From positions 1 through 63,984 of the forward strand of contig CAZHVK010000005.1 in assembly GCA_964535955.1 (NCBI GenBank): DNA of 63,984 bases, read 5' to 3'. The stretch is from an uncultured Methanosarcinales archaeon. GTDB taxonomy: Archaea; Nanobdellota; Nanobdellia; Woesearchaeales; CAXGTL01. The notes under the pieces are model-generated. The model made no database searches. It saw only the letters and a program-made list of their open reading frames with translations, and had not been told where the DNA came from. The position numbers were made by a program, and so were the translations under genes. This document shows positions 47,785 through 60,200 of this stretch, piece by piece. Every line of letters begins with the position of its first letter. The first letter of the stretch is position 1.

Positions 47785-47859
47785 AAAAATCAGTACTTTA
47801 ATTTAAATGTTACTATTAAATAGAAAAATTAATAAATTCCTTATAATATTTAGTAGATT

Positions 47860-48414
47860 ATGAGAAAAATTAATGTCAAAATAAAGAAAGGAAAGGATCT
47901 TTCTGCAAAACTTATAAAACAAATAGACAACATCTTCCAAAAAGCTTTCCCAGGAAATGAAGCAGTTTCAACTAAAAATAAAAAGGTTTTTGCAAAAGAT
48001 TTATTTTTTATAGTTTATGATTCTAAAAAAAGAATTCTTTCAATAGGAAGACTAAGGCCTGTTAAAATAAATTTTATAAAGAAAGATTATAAAATACAAG
48101 GTATTGCAGACATAGTCTCTATAAAAAAGAGAAAAGGTTATGGAAGAATTCTTATGAATTCTATTCATAAATATCTTATTAAAAAAAAACAAACAGGAGT
48201 TGGTTTTTGCAGTAAAAAAAATAGTCCTTTTTATAAGAAATGTAACTTTAAAATTGCAAAAAATTATGCAAAGAAGTTTTGGTATGTAAGTTCAAAAGGA
48301 GTAAAAAAAGGTGGAGATGGTGATGTTCTTTATTTAAGTGGAAAAGATAAATTTATGGATAAAGTATTAAAAAAGCCTAAAAAAAATATTGTAATTTCTC
48401 GTCCACATTGGTGA
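47860..48414 (+). CDS. GNAT-family acetyltransferase
   Basis: IADIVS..KRKGYGRILM and FYKKC motifs. Confidence 0.8.
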   Translation: MRKINVKIKKGKDLSAKLIKQIDNIFQKAFPGNEAVSTKNKKVFAKDLFFIVYDSKKRILSIGRLRPVKINFIKKDYKIQGIADIVSIKKRKGYGRILMNSIHKYLIKKKQTGVGFCSKKNSPFYKKCNFKIAKNYAKKFWYVSSKGVKKGGDGDVLYLSGKDKFMDKVLKKPKKNIVISRPHW

Positions 48415-48419
48415 ATATT

Positions 48420-49433
48420 CTATGGTTCTGGTTTATAATCAACAAAACCTGCCTTAACAATCAAAGGAAATGCAATTGTAGCATCGCAGTTGACCTTTAC
48501 ATATTGTGATTCTGGGTTAATCTTGCACCAGGAAACTGATTCTTCTGGGTCTGCACCTGAGTCAGAACCGTCAAATTCGTTTGCTGTGTTTATCAGAACT
48601 GTGTAATCAGCACCGTCTCTGAAGATGTTTGCATTCAGTGTGTAATGTTTTGCAGAGCCTGCGCCAAGGATTATAAGGCCTGATTTGTCTATATTTAGGT
48701 ATTTGTCTATAATCTGTGTCATGTCTTTGCATATGTCTACATTAAAGTCTGAATGTTTTTTCTTGAAAAAATAGAACATGTCACCTAAACAGCCATCTGT
48801 CATTGCAGGACAATATACAGGAATATCATTTTTTGCAGCCCAGTATAGATATGATTCTTCATTGTCAATGTAAAGACCCATTTCTTTGAAAAATTCTGCT
48901 CCACCAAGAGGTCTTTTCAGTTGTAATTGTTTTTGGTAGATTGTTTCTAGAAATGGTACAAATGATTGTTCAAATAATGTAAACCTGTCATTTGGTACAA
49001 AGATATTACCTGTCCTATTGATTCCATTTTCTAATAACATTGCACCTGGAACTCTTTGTTTGCCAATTACAAAAGGTTTTAATGTTTTTATCATGTCCTC
49101 TTCTATACCACCTGCTGGCGTGACTATTGCATGTATTAATTTGTGCTTTGTTAGGTAGGTTATTATTTCTCTTATGCCTGATGATATCATGTTTGATGTA
49201 AAGCTTAGTGTGATGTGTGCTTTATCTTTTTGCATTTGTTTGATTATGTCTATTGCTATCTTTAACCTAGTTGCCTGGAATCCTGTGCTAAAGTAAGAGT
49301 CTATGAATTCTTGGTAATTGAAATCTTTTTCAAAGTTATAGCCTTGTACTTTTGGATGATCATCTAAAGTCATTATGTTTTTTACATATTTACATTTTTT
49401 GGGTTCTTGTTCATAAAATTTGTGTAGTTCCAT
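48420..49433 (-). CDS. dhs: Deoxyhypusine synthase
   Basis: GFQA, TSNMISSG, GGIEED, NRTGN, DGSDSGA.PEE.VSW.K, DATI.FP. Confidence 0.95.
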   Translation of the reverse strand: MELHKFYEQEPKKCKYVKNIMTLDDHPKVQGYNFEKDFNYQEFIDSYFSTGFQATRLKIAIDIIKQMQKDKAHITLSFTSNMISSGIREIITYLTKHKLIHAIVTPAGGIEEDMIKTLKPFVIGKQRVPGAMLLENGINRTGNIFVPNDRFTLFEQSFVPFLETIYQKQLQLKRPLGGAEFFKEMGLYIDNEESYLYWAAKNDIPVYCPAMTDGCLGDMFYFFKKKHSDFNVDICKDMTQIIDKYLNIDKSGLIILGAGSAKHYTLNANIFRDGADYTVLINTANEFDGSDSGADPEESVSWCKINPESQYVKVNCDATIAFPLIVKAGFVDYKPEP

Positions 49434-49486
49434 TTTTGATTTCCTCCATAATTTGTTTTTATTAAATAAAAATAAATAAAAAATAT

Positions 49487-50804
<1,318 letters not shown>

Positions 50805-50848
50805 TTAAAAACAATTAAGAATTATAAGAATTAAAAAAAAGAAAAAAC

Positions 50849-51577
50849 TCAGTTTTCCTGATAAGCTTCATCTTCACTATCTTCTTCAATGTAAAAACCG
50901 TCATTAAATAAGTCATCAACTCTGTTATCAAAATAATCATCATCATATCCTTCATCAAGGCTTTGTCTTACGCCATGTTCTAGTCCATGTTCTCTTTTAT
51001 AAGCTTTGATGTATTCTATAGGTATTCTAAAAGTATAACCCATATCTAGCATCTTATTGATTAATTCTGCTTCACAATAATCTCCATTTTGATCTGGTAA
51101 TTTTTGTACTATTTCTAATCCTTTGAATAAATCATCACGATACTGGCTTTCTTCATATGCACTACCTGAAAAGATTATAACCTTAGGAATACCATCTTCT
51201 TCTCCACTATAGTGCTCTGCAATCTCTTGAATATATTTACCAAAATATTCTTTAACTGTTTCTCTTATATCTTCATCTAAAATATCTAATTTACCAATCA
51301 GAACATTTGCTATGTCAATACCATTAGTATTAGCAATACTATAATCTCTTCCTTTTGTCAGATCAAAGTATTGCTCTGTTAAGTGATTATCACATATTAC
51401 ACAACCATATGGTGTACCATGTTTTTGAGATTCTAATATATGTTCTAAAGCATCAGAAACTGAATTAACAAAATCATATGGTACATTGCTTTTATTGAAA
51501 AAGTCTAGTAATGGCTCTACATTATCTGGTTCATCATCAATTACAAGTACTTTTTCTAGCTTTGATTTTTTTGTCAT
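50849..51577 (-). CDS. Orphan receiver (CheY-like) domain protein with insertion and acidic tail
   Basis: VLVIDDE, CVICD, NG, VIIFSG, VQK. Confidence 0.75.
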   Translation of the reverse strand: MTKKSKLEKVLVIDDEPDNVEPLLDFFNKSNVPYDFVNSVSDALEHILESQKHGTPYGCVICDNHLTEQYFDLTKGRDYSIANTNGIDIANVLIGKLDILDEDIRETVKEYFGKYIQEIAEHYSGEEDGIPKVIIFSGSAYEESQYRDDLFKGLEIVQKLPDQNGDYCEAELINKMLDMGYTFRIPIEYIKAYKREHGLEHGVRQSLDEGYDDDYFDNRVDDLFNDGFYIEEDSEDEAYQEN

Positions 51578-51710
51578 TACATAGTAATGAATGTTTGAAG
51601 AAGTATATAAGCCTTTCGGTTTGTTTATTACTCTCCAATGGTAAAATAAAGAAAACATTTATAAAGAAATAGAGTGTTCCTATATGTAATAACATATTTG
51701 GGGGATAAAA

Positions 51711-52343
51711 ATGCCTATATTAATGGTAGATGATAATGAACACACTATTTACAAACTAAGAGAAAGGCTTGCACGTTATGCTGAGATTAATTATGTTTCT
51801 ACATTAGATGATGCTATTTATGCTCTTAAAGAAAATGATTATGATATAATAACTACTGATTTTCATATGGATCATCTTGATGGAAAACAGCTTTTAAAGC
51901 TATTAAAAGGTGAATTTAATGATAGTTATCATTTTAAAGACAATATTGAGAACACCACTTTGAAAGAGATATATGAACATGATCCTGAAATATCAGAAGT
52001 AATTGATGTGTATTTTGATGATATTGAGGAATACAAGGATTTTGTTAAAAAATATGAAGATACTGTTTTTGTTCTTTTTTCAGCTACTAAGTATGGAGAT
52101 GGAGATGATGAGCCAATATTACAAGATGTATTTGTTGCTCAAAAGCATAATAAGGATTCAACTAATTATGATTCTGAAAATTCTGTACGTGATTATTTAT
52201 TAGAGATAGGTGCAATTTCAAATGAAGATTATGTTCCAACTGATAAGTATGTCTTAGATTATATTGAAGAAGCAAATGGCAAAGTAAAAGAAATGAGAAA
52301 AAAAGAAAAACAAAGAGAAAAAGAAAAAATAAAAGGTCAATAA
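51711..52343 (+). CDS. Orphan receiver (CheY-like) domain protein with insertion
   Basis: ILMVDDN, YDIITTDFHM..LDG, FVLFSA, AQK. Confidence 0.8.
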   Translation: MPILMVDDNEHTIYKLRERLARYAEINYVSTLDDAIYALKENDYDIITTDFHMDHLDGKQLLKLLKGEFNDSYHFKDNIENTTLKEIYEHDPEISEVIDVYFDDIEEYKDFVKKYEDTVFVLFSATKYGDGDDEPILQDVFVAQKHNKDSTNYDSENSVRDYLLEIGAISNEDYVPTDKYVLDYIEEANGKVKEMRKKEKQREKEKIKGQ

Positions 52344-52406
52344 AAAGAATAATTGATTATAAAACAACAATAAATTTATATAATAATTACTCATTCTATC
52401 AATATT

Positions 52407-53750
52407 ATGACAAATTTTATATCAATACAACAAGCTATGAATAAAGATTCTGGAAAAGTTGCAATAAGAGGATGGGTTTATAGAGAAAGAAAATCAAAGA
52501 AATTAGGTTTTATTGTAATGCGTGATGGTTCTAACATAATTCAGTGTATATTTGATAGAAGCAAGTTTGAAGATAGATGGGGAGATGTTGATAAGATACT
52601 TATTGAGACTTCTATGGAAGTTCATGGTGAAATTAAAAAAGATGATAGAGCACCTAGTGGATATGAAATACAAGTTGATGATTTTAAAGTTATTCATTAT
52701 GCTGAAGTTTTTCCAATTAAAGGAGGGGAAAATCCTGATTTTTTGTTAGACAATAGACATTTATGGCTGCGATCTAGAAAATTAGTCGCTGTTATGAAAA
52801 TAAGGTCAACTGTTATGCATGCTATTCATAAGTTTTTCAAAGATAGAGGTTATATTTTGTTTGACCCACCAATTCTACAACCTAATCAATGCGAAGGTGG
52901 TTCTACTTTGTTTGAAGTAAAGTATTACAAAGATAAAAGTTATCTTGCACAGACATGGCAATTATATGCAGAAGCTGCAATCTTTGCTCTTGAAAAAGTT
53001 TATGATGTCGCACCTACTTTTCGTGCAGAAAAATCAAAAACTAGTCGACATTTATCAGAGTTTTGGATGTGTGAAATGGAAGCTGCTTGGTTAAAATTAG
53101 AAGATGTAACAGAGATTTCTAAACAAGAAATCAAGTTTATTATTTCTGAAGTTTTGGATAAAAATAAGGTAGAATTGGAATTTCTAAAAGTCGATATAAA
53201 GAAATTTGAAGACATGATTAAAAAAGATTGGCCAACTATCACTTATACAAAAGCTCTTAAGATTTTGAAAGAAAAGAATAACATGGATTTTGAGTGGGGT
53301 AAAGATCTTCGTACAATTGAAGAAGAAGAGTTGATGAAAAATTATGATACACCTGTTGTTGTTATTGAGTATCCTAAAGAAGTTATGGCATTCTATAAAC
53401 CTGTTAAGAAAAAAGGAAAAAACAATGAAAATGGAGAAAATGATAAAGGTGAAGAAGATGCACCTGGGCCTGTAGCGCTTTGCTTTGACATGCTTGCTCC
53501 TGAAAGATATGGTGAAATAATAGGTGGCAGTCAGCGTGATACTGACATCAATGAATTAATCAAATATCTTAAGAAACAAGGTGAGAAACCAGAAGATTAC
53601 AAGTTCTATCTAGATTTGCGGAAATATGGTTCTGTGCCACATTCTGGGTATGGTGTTGGTGTTGAAAGAGTGATTACATGGATCTGTGGCTTGGATAATG
53701 TTAAGGATTCAATAGCATTTCCAAGGACAATGTTGAGAAAAGAACCCTAA
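52407..53750 (+). CDS. asnS: Asparagine--tRNA ligase
   Basis: IRGWVYRER, LDNRHLWLR, CEGGSTLF, FRAEKSKTSRHLSEFW, YGSVPHSGYG.GVER. Confidence 0.92.
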   Translation: MTNFISIQQAMNKDSGKVAIRGWVYRERKSKKLGFIVMRDGSNIIQCIFDRSKFEDRWGDVDKILIETSMEVHGEIKKDDRAPSGYEIQVDDFKVIHYAEVFPIKGGENPDFLLDNRHLWLRSRKLVAVMKIRSTVMHAIHKFFKDRGYILFDPPILQPNQCEGGSTLFEVKYYKDKSYLAQTWQLYAEAAIFALEKVYDVAPTFRAEKSKTSRHLSEFWMCEMEAAWLKLEDVTEISKQEIKFIISEVLDKNKVELEFLKVDIKKFEDMIKKDWPTITYTKALKILKEKNNMDFEWGKDLRTIEEEELMKNYDTPVVVIEYPKEVMAFYKPVKKKGKNNENGENDKGEEDAPGPVALCFDMLAPERYGEIIGGSQRDTDINELIKYLKKQGEKPEDYKFYLDLRKYGSVPHSGYGVGVERVITWICGLDNVKDSIAFPRTMLRKEP

Positions 53751-53918
53751 TTTGTCAAAAAATAATTTTCATTATTGAAAATAAATATTTTTCTATTTTT
53801 TATCTTTGTTGTGTTTTGTATTTGTTACTTCTAAATTAATGCCTATATTATAATATATATGCAAAACCGATAACTTTATATATTAGTTCTCCATAACAAA
53901 ACAATTATTGGCTAAAAA

Positions 53919-53977
53919 TTAACAAATATTAACAAATATTAACAATTAATGTTAGAAATTTAACAATTATTGTTAGA
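53919..53977. promoter_or_regulatory. Operator-like array of TAACA half-sites upstream of the RHH gene
   Basis: TTAACAAATA twice, then TTAACAATTA(A/T)TGTTAGA twice, each containing TAACA-N5-TGTTA; downstream of TTTATATA (~53876-53883). Confidence 0.65.
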
Positions 53978-54005
53978 CTACTGTATATGAGGAAAAAACT
54001 AGTAA

Positions 54006-54269
54006 ATGGTTAATGTAAGTTTACCTGAAGTAATGAAGAAATTATTAGATTCATTAGTTAGATCTGGCCACTTTTCAAGCAAATCAGATGTTCTAAAAGA
54101 AGCTTTCAGATTGATGATTGCATCAAAACCTAATCTAAAAATTACTTCTGCTGTTCAACTTTACAAAGAAAAAATTTCTATTGGGGAAATTTCTGAAATT
54201 ACTGAAATTCCTGTTGATGAATTAAAAACAATACTCAAAGAAAGAGGTTTATTATCTGATGAGAATTAA
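54006..54269 (+). CDS. Ribbon-helix-helix regulator fused to a UPF0175-like HTH
   Basis: VNVSLP...LDSLVRSGHFSSKSDVLKEAFR (RHH); AVQLYKEKISIGEISEITEIP (HTH). Confidence 0.85.
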   Translation: MVNVSLPEVMKKLLDSLVRSGHFSSKSDVLKEAFRLMIASKPNLKITSAVQLYKEKISIGEISEITEIPVDELKTILKERGLLSDEN

Positions 54270-57200
54270 GAAAAATACAAGAGGTGATGGAAAAAATAAA
54301 AAGAATAAGTTAGCTAGAGCAAAGTCTAGAATCAAGAATAAAGTCAAACAAAGAAAAAATAAAATCAAAAAAAGAGTAAAAACAAGAGTAAAGAAAATAA
54401 AAACTAATACTAAAAATAGAATAAACAATGGAAAAGTAAGAGTAAAGAAAATAAAAAATAAGACTAAAAATAGAATAAACAATGGAAAAGCAAGAGTAAA
54501 GAAAATAAAAACTAATACTAAAAATAGAATAAACAATGGAAAAGCAAGAGTAAAGAAAATAAAAACTAATACTAAAAACAAGTATAATAATGGGAAAATT
54601 AGAATCAAAAACAAAACAACAAAAGTAAAAAAGAATATCAGGAAAAGAAAAGTAAAAGTAAAAAAATATATTAGAACAAAATCAAGAAATACAAAAGTAA
54701 AACTAAAGAAAACAAAGAATTATCTAATTGATAAATCTAATTGGATTGTGTTATTCGCAATAATATTTTTAGCCATACTAACTCTTTCTATAAGTGCGGA
54801 TAACCTTGCAACAGGATTTAGTATTTTAGAACCAATACAACAAGGAGCGTGGAATGTTGTGGAGGATGAAAATTATGCAGGAGGAGATGCATTATTTACA
54901 AACACACCTGGATCAACATTAGAATATGAATTCAATGCAAGCTCTGTGCAGATAGTGACACAGAAAAGAGAAGACTTTGGTGTAATGAATGTTGTTGTTG
55001 ATGATGAGGCATATAAGATAGATCTATATTCAAATGAGACGCAGTATAATGCTAGTTATGATTTTGATCTGACAGGTGATCAACATAGGTTAGTTGTGAG
55101 TGTTGGTGAAGAAAAAAACAACTTGTCCACAGACTACTATGTTTTGGTTGATGAAGTGATTGCATTCTTAAATTCTGTTAAAGAAAACAATCTGTCTATT
55201 GAGAATAAAACTGTATTACCAATAATAACAAAGAATCATCTTGTTGTTCTGACACAAGCAGAAGATCTTACTTATGATGGGTTGTGGTTTAGGATTGATG
55301 ATGAAGTTTATAGTGATGGTGCTTCATTAATATCTAATTATGCAGGAGATCTTTTAGAATTTGAGTTTAGTGGAAATAATTTGTATATATTAACTGAGAA
55401 AAGAAATGATTTTGGTGTTGCAAATGTTTCAATTGATGGAGATAGTTATCTTGTTGATTTTTACTCAGAAGAAAGTGTAAAACCATATCTAATCTCTATA
55501 TCAGAGCTTGAAGATATTGAACATAGTCTAAGAATTGAAGTTACTGATATGAAGAATGCTGAATCTAATGATAATTATATTGTTATTGATGGATTCTTAC
55601 AAAGCAAGATAGGTGATCTGTCTGAATATGAATTATTTGATATAACAGGTATTGAGATTGAAGAGATTACTGATACATTGTATGAATCCTTGCCTGAATC
55701 TATTGAAACTATTGAAACAAGTGGTAATCTTACTGAAGTTACTATAGCTCCTGAACTAATCATAATAAATGAACCAGTTAAATGGACAAAGACTGTTACT
55801 GTTGATGAAAATACTGATAATATCACTATTGATCTGCCTGCAGAAGTTGTTAATATAAGTGTTAAGATAAAAGATGATCTTGGTAATAAAGAAATTGTTG
55901 ATGATGAAAAAGTAAAGGTTGTAGAAGTTGTTGGTGAAAACAAACAAACAAAAGATATTACTGAATTTGTTAATGAAAAACAGATTGAAGAAATTGAAAG
56001 AGAAATTGGTTTGAAAAAAGAATTTGATCTTGATACTGATGAATTAGAAGAAAAGAAAGATAAATTAGAAAAAGAAAAGAAAGATAAACAAGCAAGTAAA
56101 GCAGATGATGAGTTGAGTGTAGGTGGTCTTGATGTTGGTGGTTTAGATGTTGGTGGTTTGAGTGTTGGTGCTGAAGATGATGGTGATGATAATGGTGAAC
56201 CAGAACTAATAATAACAGAAGAAATCACTTCTGATGATGAACTAGAAGTTGAATATTATACAGAAGCTCCTATTGCTGTTGAAAACAATATCACTTCTAC
56301 CAAGAAAGAGATCCTGATTAGTGCTGAAACACATTATAAAAACATATTAGCTTATACTTATGTTGATGATGTTCCATTGTCTGCTGTGAAAATATATAGA
56401 ACTACTGATGGTGGTAAAGAACTTGTGTCATTATATAATCATTCTGATCTTAATGACAATGGTCTTGTTGATTATGTTGAATGGATTGTGCCTCATCTAA
56501 GTAATCAATCATATGAAATTGAGATTGTTATACTAAATGTACAGTCATATCCAATGGTTGGTGGTAACTGGACTGTTTCTTTTACAACAACTGGTGCTGC
56601 TAATCTAACAATCAGTGCTAGTAATGGAACTACATGGGATAATGTTGAAGAATCAGGTGATCTGAAATTCTTGGATCTTAAGTGTGGAAATGATTCTATT
56701 GATTATACATGGGTTGATGATGATGAGGATAATGAATCTGGATCTGTATTTGTAGAAAATTATAGTTGTGTTGATACTGGTTATGAAACATCTAAAGTAT
56801 TGACACAAGGCAAACATGATTTAGAATTCATATTTGGTGATCAAGTTGTTTATGCACATAATGATGCTATTGGTGATGCATTTTATAAAAACGACACTTG
56901 GGGTGCTAACTTATTTACTGGACAATCCTCAGTAATAGCTATGGGAGATATAAATAATGATGGATGGTTAGATTTGGTACAGATGGCAAGTGATTCTGAA
57001 TGGATGATACAAGGACATGTTTTTATAAATAATGGTACATCATTTAGTGATAATGCTACATGGAGCCACAATCTTACAAATCTAAGTTCTCCAAAGCTGG
57101 ATTTAATGGATATTGATAATAATGGATTATTAGACTTAGTTTTATTTGGTGATGAGTGTTCTGGACCTTGTACAGCTTATGTTTATATTTATACTAATAA

Positions 57201-60200
57201 TGGTACATCATTTGAACACAATACTACTTGGTCAGGAAATATTACAACTAAATCTAATTCATACTTTATAAAAGGTGATTTTGATCTTGATGGAGATATT
57301 GATTTTATAATGACAGGAGCTTCAGATACAGAACAAAAAACAGGTGTTAAATCTGCAGTTTATATTAACAATGGAACATCATTTAATGAAGATCATGGTT
57401 GGCAAAAGAACTTGACTGGTGTTTATTCTAGTTGGGGTTCTGGTGGATTAGCTGTAGCTGATATTAATAATGACAGTTATGTTGACTTATTCTTAGCTGG
57501 AATTGGTGCAAATAATGAAAATATTTCTGAAATTTATATTAATAATGGAACAACTTTTGTGCATAATCTTACTTATTCAAATTCATTAAAGACATATGAA
57601 TCATATCAAGATATGGGATCAGCAACATATGGTATATATGCTGCATTTACTGATTTTAATAATGATGGTGCTATGGATCTAGCTATCGAAGGAATAGTAA
57701 GTGGTTTAAAACAATTTGATATTTATCTTAATAATGATACACATTTAGCTTATAATTCTAGTTGGACAATTGAAATGACAGTTTTCAATGTCAGCAGATT
57801 TTATCCTGTAGATTATAATTCAGATGGAAATATAGACATTGTTCGTATGCCTGATGGAACTACAGAGTTAAATATTACATTATATAACAGCTCTGGAGGT
57901 TATTTTGATATTGATTATACTTATGCTGCATCATTACCTGCACGATCAAATTCAATGGGAATACTTGGAGATATAAATAATGATAGTGATCCTGATTTGA
58001 TTGTGATGGGTACTAATAATACTGGAAATGATTATCATGCTGAGGTTTTTGTTAATAAAAGATCAACAAGTAACAGTGCACCAAGTGCGCCTACTTCATT
58101 TAATGATGGTTATAGTTCTGGTCTTGATCTAAACTGGTCAGGTGCAATCGATAATGACGGTGGAACATTATATTATAATCTACGTGTGGGAACTACAGCT
58201 GGAGGAAATGATGCTGTTTCTGGTAAATATGCTTTAAGTAACAAACCTACTCAAGGCATGTTTGGTAATATGATACAAAATAATTTTATTTCTTTGAATA
58301 TTAGTAATAGTACTTATTTTTGGTCTGTACAAACAATTGATGCAGCAGGAAAAGCAAGTTCTTGGTCTGAAGAACAAGTTTATAATACTACTACTGCTGC
58401 TGATGTTGTTAGTCCTACTCCAGATAGATTTGAACAAAATACAACATGGGGAGGTAATGTAGATGGACTGAGCAATGCAGCTCTAGTTGTAGGAGATATA
58501 AATAATGATGATTGGTTAGATATAGTTGTTATGGGAAGTGCACCTAGTTTTAATGATGGTGGAGGTGTTTATATTAATAATGGAACATCATTTAATAATA
58601 ATCTTACATGGAGTCAAAACTTTACAAATATAAGTCAGGGAAGACTTGCTTTAGGTGATGTTAATAATGATGGTTTATTAGATTTATTTCATGTTGCTGC
58701 ACAGAGTGGGCCAACAACTATATCATTTTTTCAAATTTATATTAATAATGGTTCATCATTTGTAGAAAATTATACTTGGCAACGAAATTTTACAGTTAAA
58801 GAAAGTGCTGGAATTGCAATAGAAGATTTTGATAATGATGGAGATATTGACTGTATAATGGTAGGAGCTAATTCTTCTATGGAAGGTACTGGTGTTGACT
58901 CAAAAGTTTATATTAATAATGGAACATCATTTAATGAAAATCATGGTTGGCAAAAGAATTTAACTGATATTTATATGAATGGTAATTCTAATTCATTGGC
59001 TATGGGTGATATTAATAATGATACTTATGTTGATTTATTATTAATGGGAATGCATGAGAATGATAATGGTTATATTGAAATATACATTAATAATGGCACC
59101 ACTTTTGTACATAATAAGACATATTCAGATGCATTAAATGGATATACAAACACAGCAGCAGCTGGAGGAAGTTTTCCTCTAGATGCCACATTTGCAGATT
59201 TTAATAATGATGGGTGGCTTGACTTGGCAATAGAAGGAAATGTAAATGAAGTAGATAAATTAGATATTTATATTAATAATGGAACAAGTCTTGGATATAA
59301 TGCTAGTTGGACTAGTGGCATAGAACCTACAAATGCTACAATGTTATATCCTGTTGATTATAATGCAGATGGTAATGTTGATCTTGTTAATATTCCTAAT
59401 GTAATGTCAACATTAAACTTTACATTTTATAATAATTCTGGAAATCATTTTGATCTTGATTTAACTTATGGAGAATTATTACCTACAGATTGGGCATCTG
59501 CATCAGGAATATTTGGAGATTTTAATAATGATAGTGATCCTGACTTCCTTATAATGGCTTCTAATAATTCTGGAAATGATTATCATGCTGAAGTTCATAT
59601 TAATAAAAGAGCAACAAGAAATACTGCACCAAGTGCACCTACTACATTTAATGATGATTATAGTAGTACTTTTGATATTGATTGGTCTGGTGCATCTGAT
59701 ACAGAAGGTGGATCCATTTATTATAATCTGAGAGTTGGAACTACATCTGGAGGACATGAGATTGTTTCTGGTAAATATGGTTCTGGTAATTCTCCTACTC
59801 AAGGCATGTTTGGTAATATGATTACTGGAAATAGTATATCATTGGATGTTGCAGATAACACTTATTATTGGGCTGTACAAACAATTGATTCTAGTTTAAA
59901 AGAAAGTGCATGGTCTGCTGAACAAACTTATACACCTGCTGCACCTGCAGTACCAAGAGGTGGTATTGATATTGGTTCTTGTCAAGAATTAAGTACTGCT
60001 AATGCAAATTATTTCCTGAATACATCAATTGTTGATAATGCTACAACTTGTATGACAATCACTGCTGATAATATTACACTTAATTGTCAAGGATTTGCAA
60101 TTGATGGAACAGATGCAACAAATAAATATGGTGTTTATTCAAACTCTGCACATAATATAACAATAAGAAATTGTTCTATAGGAGATTATGATGCAGGTAT

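Noticed and set aside
53919..54600. CRISPR array
   Set aside because: The repeats are contiguous without unique spacers, the 54-bp units are coding, and no cas genes are present.
54252..54614. Hydrophobic repetitive minus-strand ORF
   Set aside because: Antisense shadow of the A-rich Lys repeats.
56119..56170. VGGLD/VGGLS 15-bp microrepeat
   Set aside because: Short coding linker expansion inside the giant protein with no sign of independent function.
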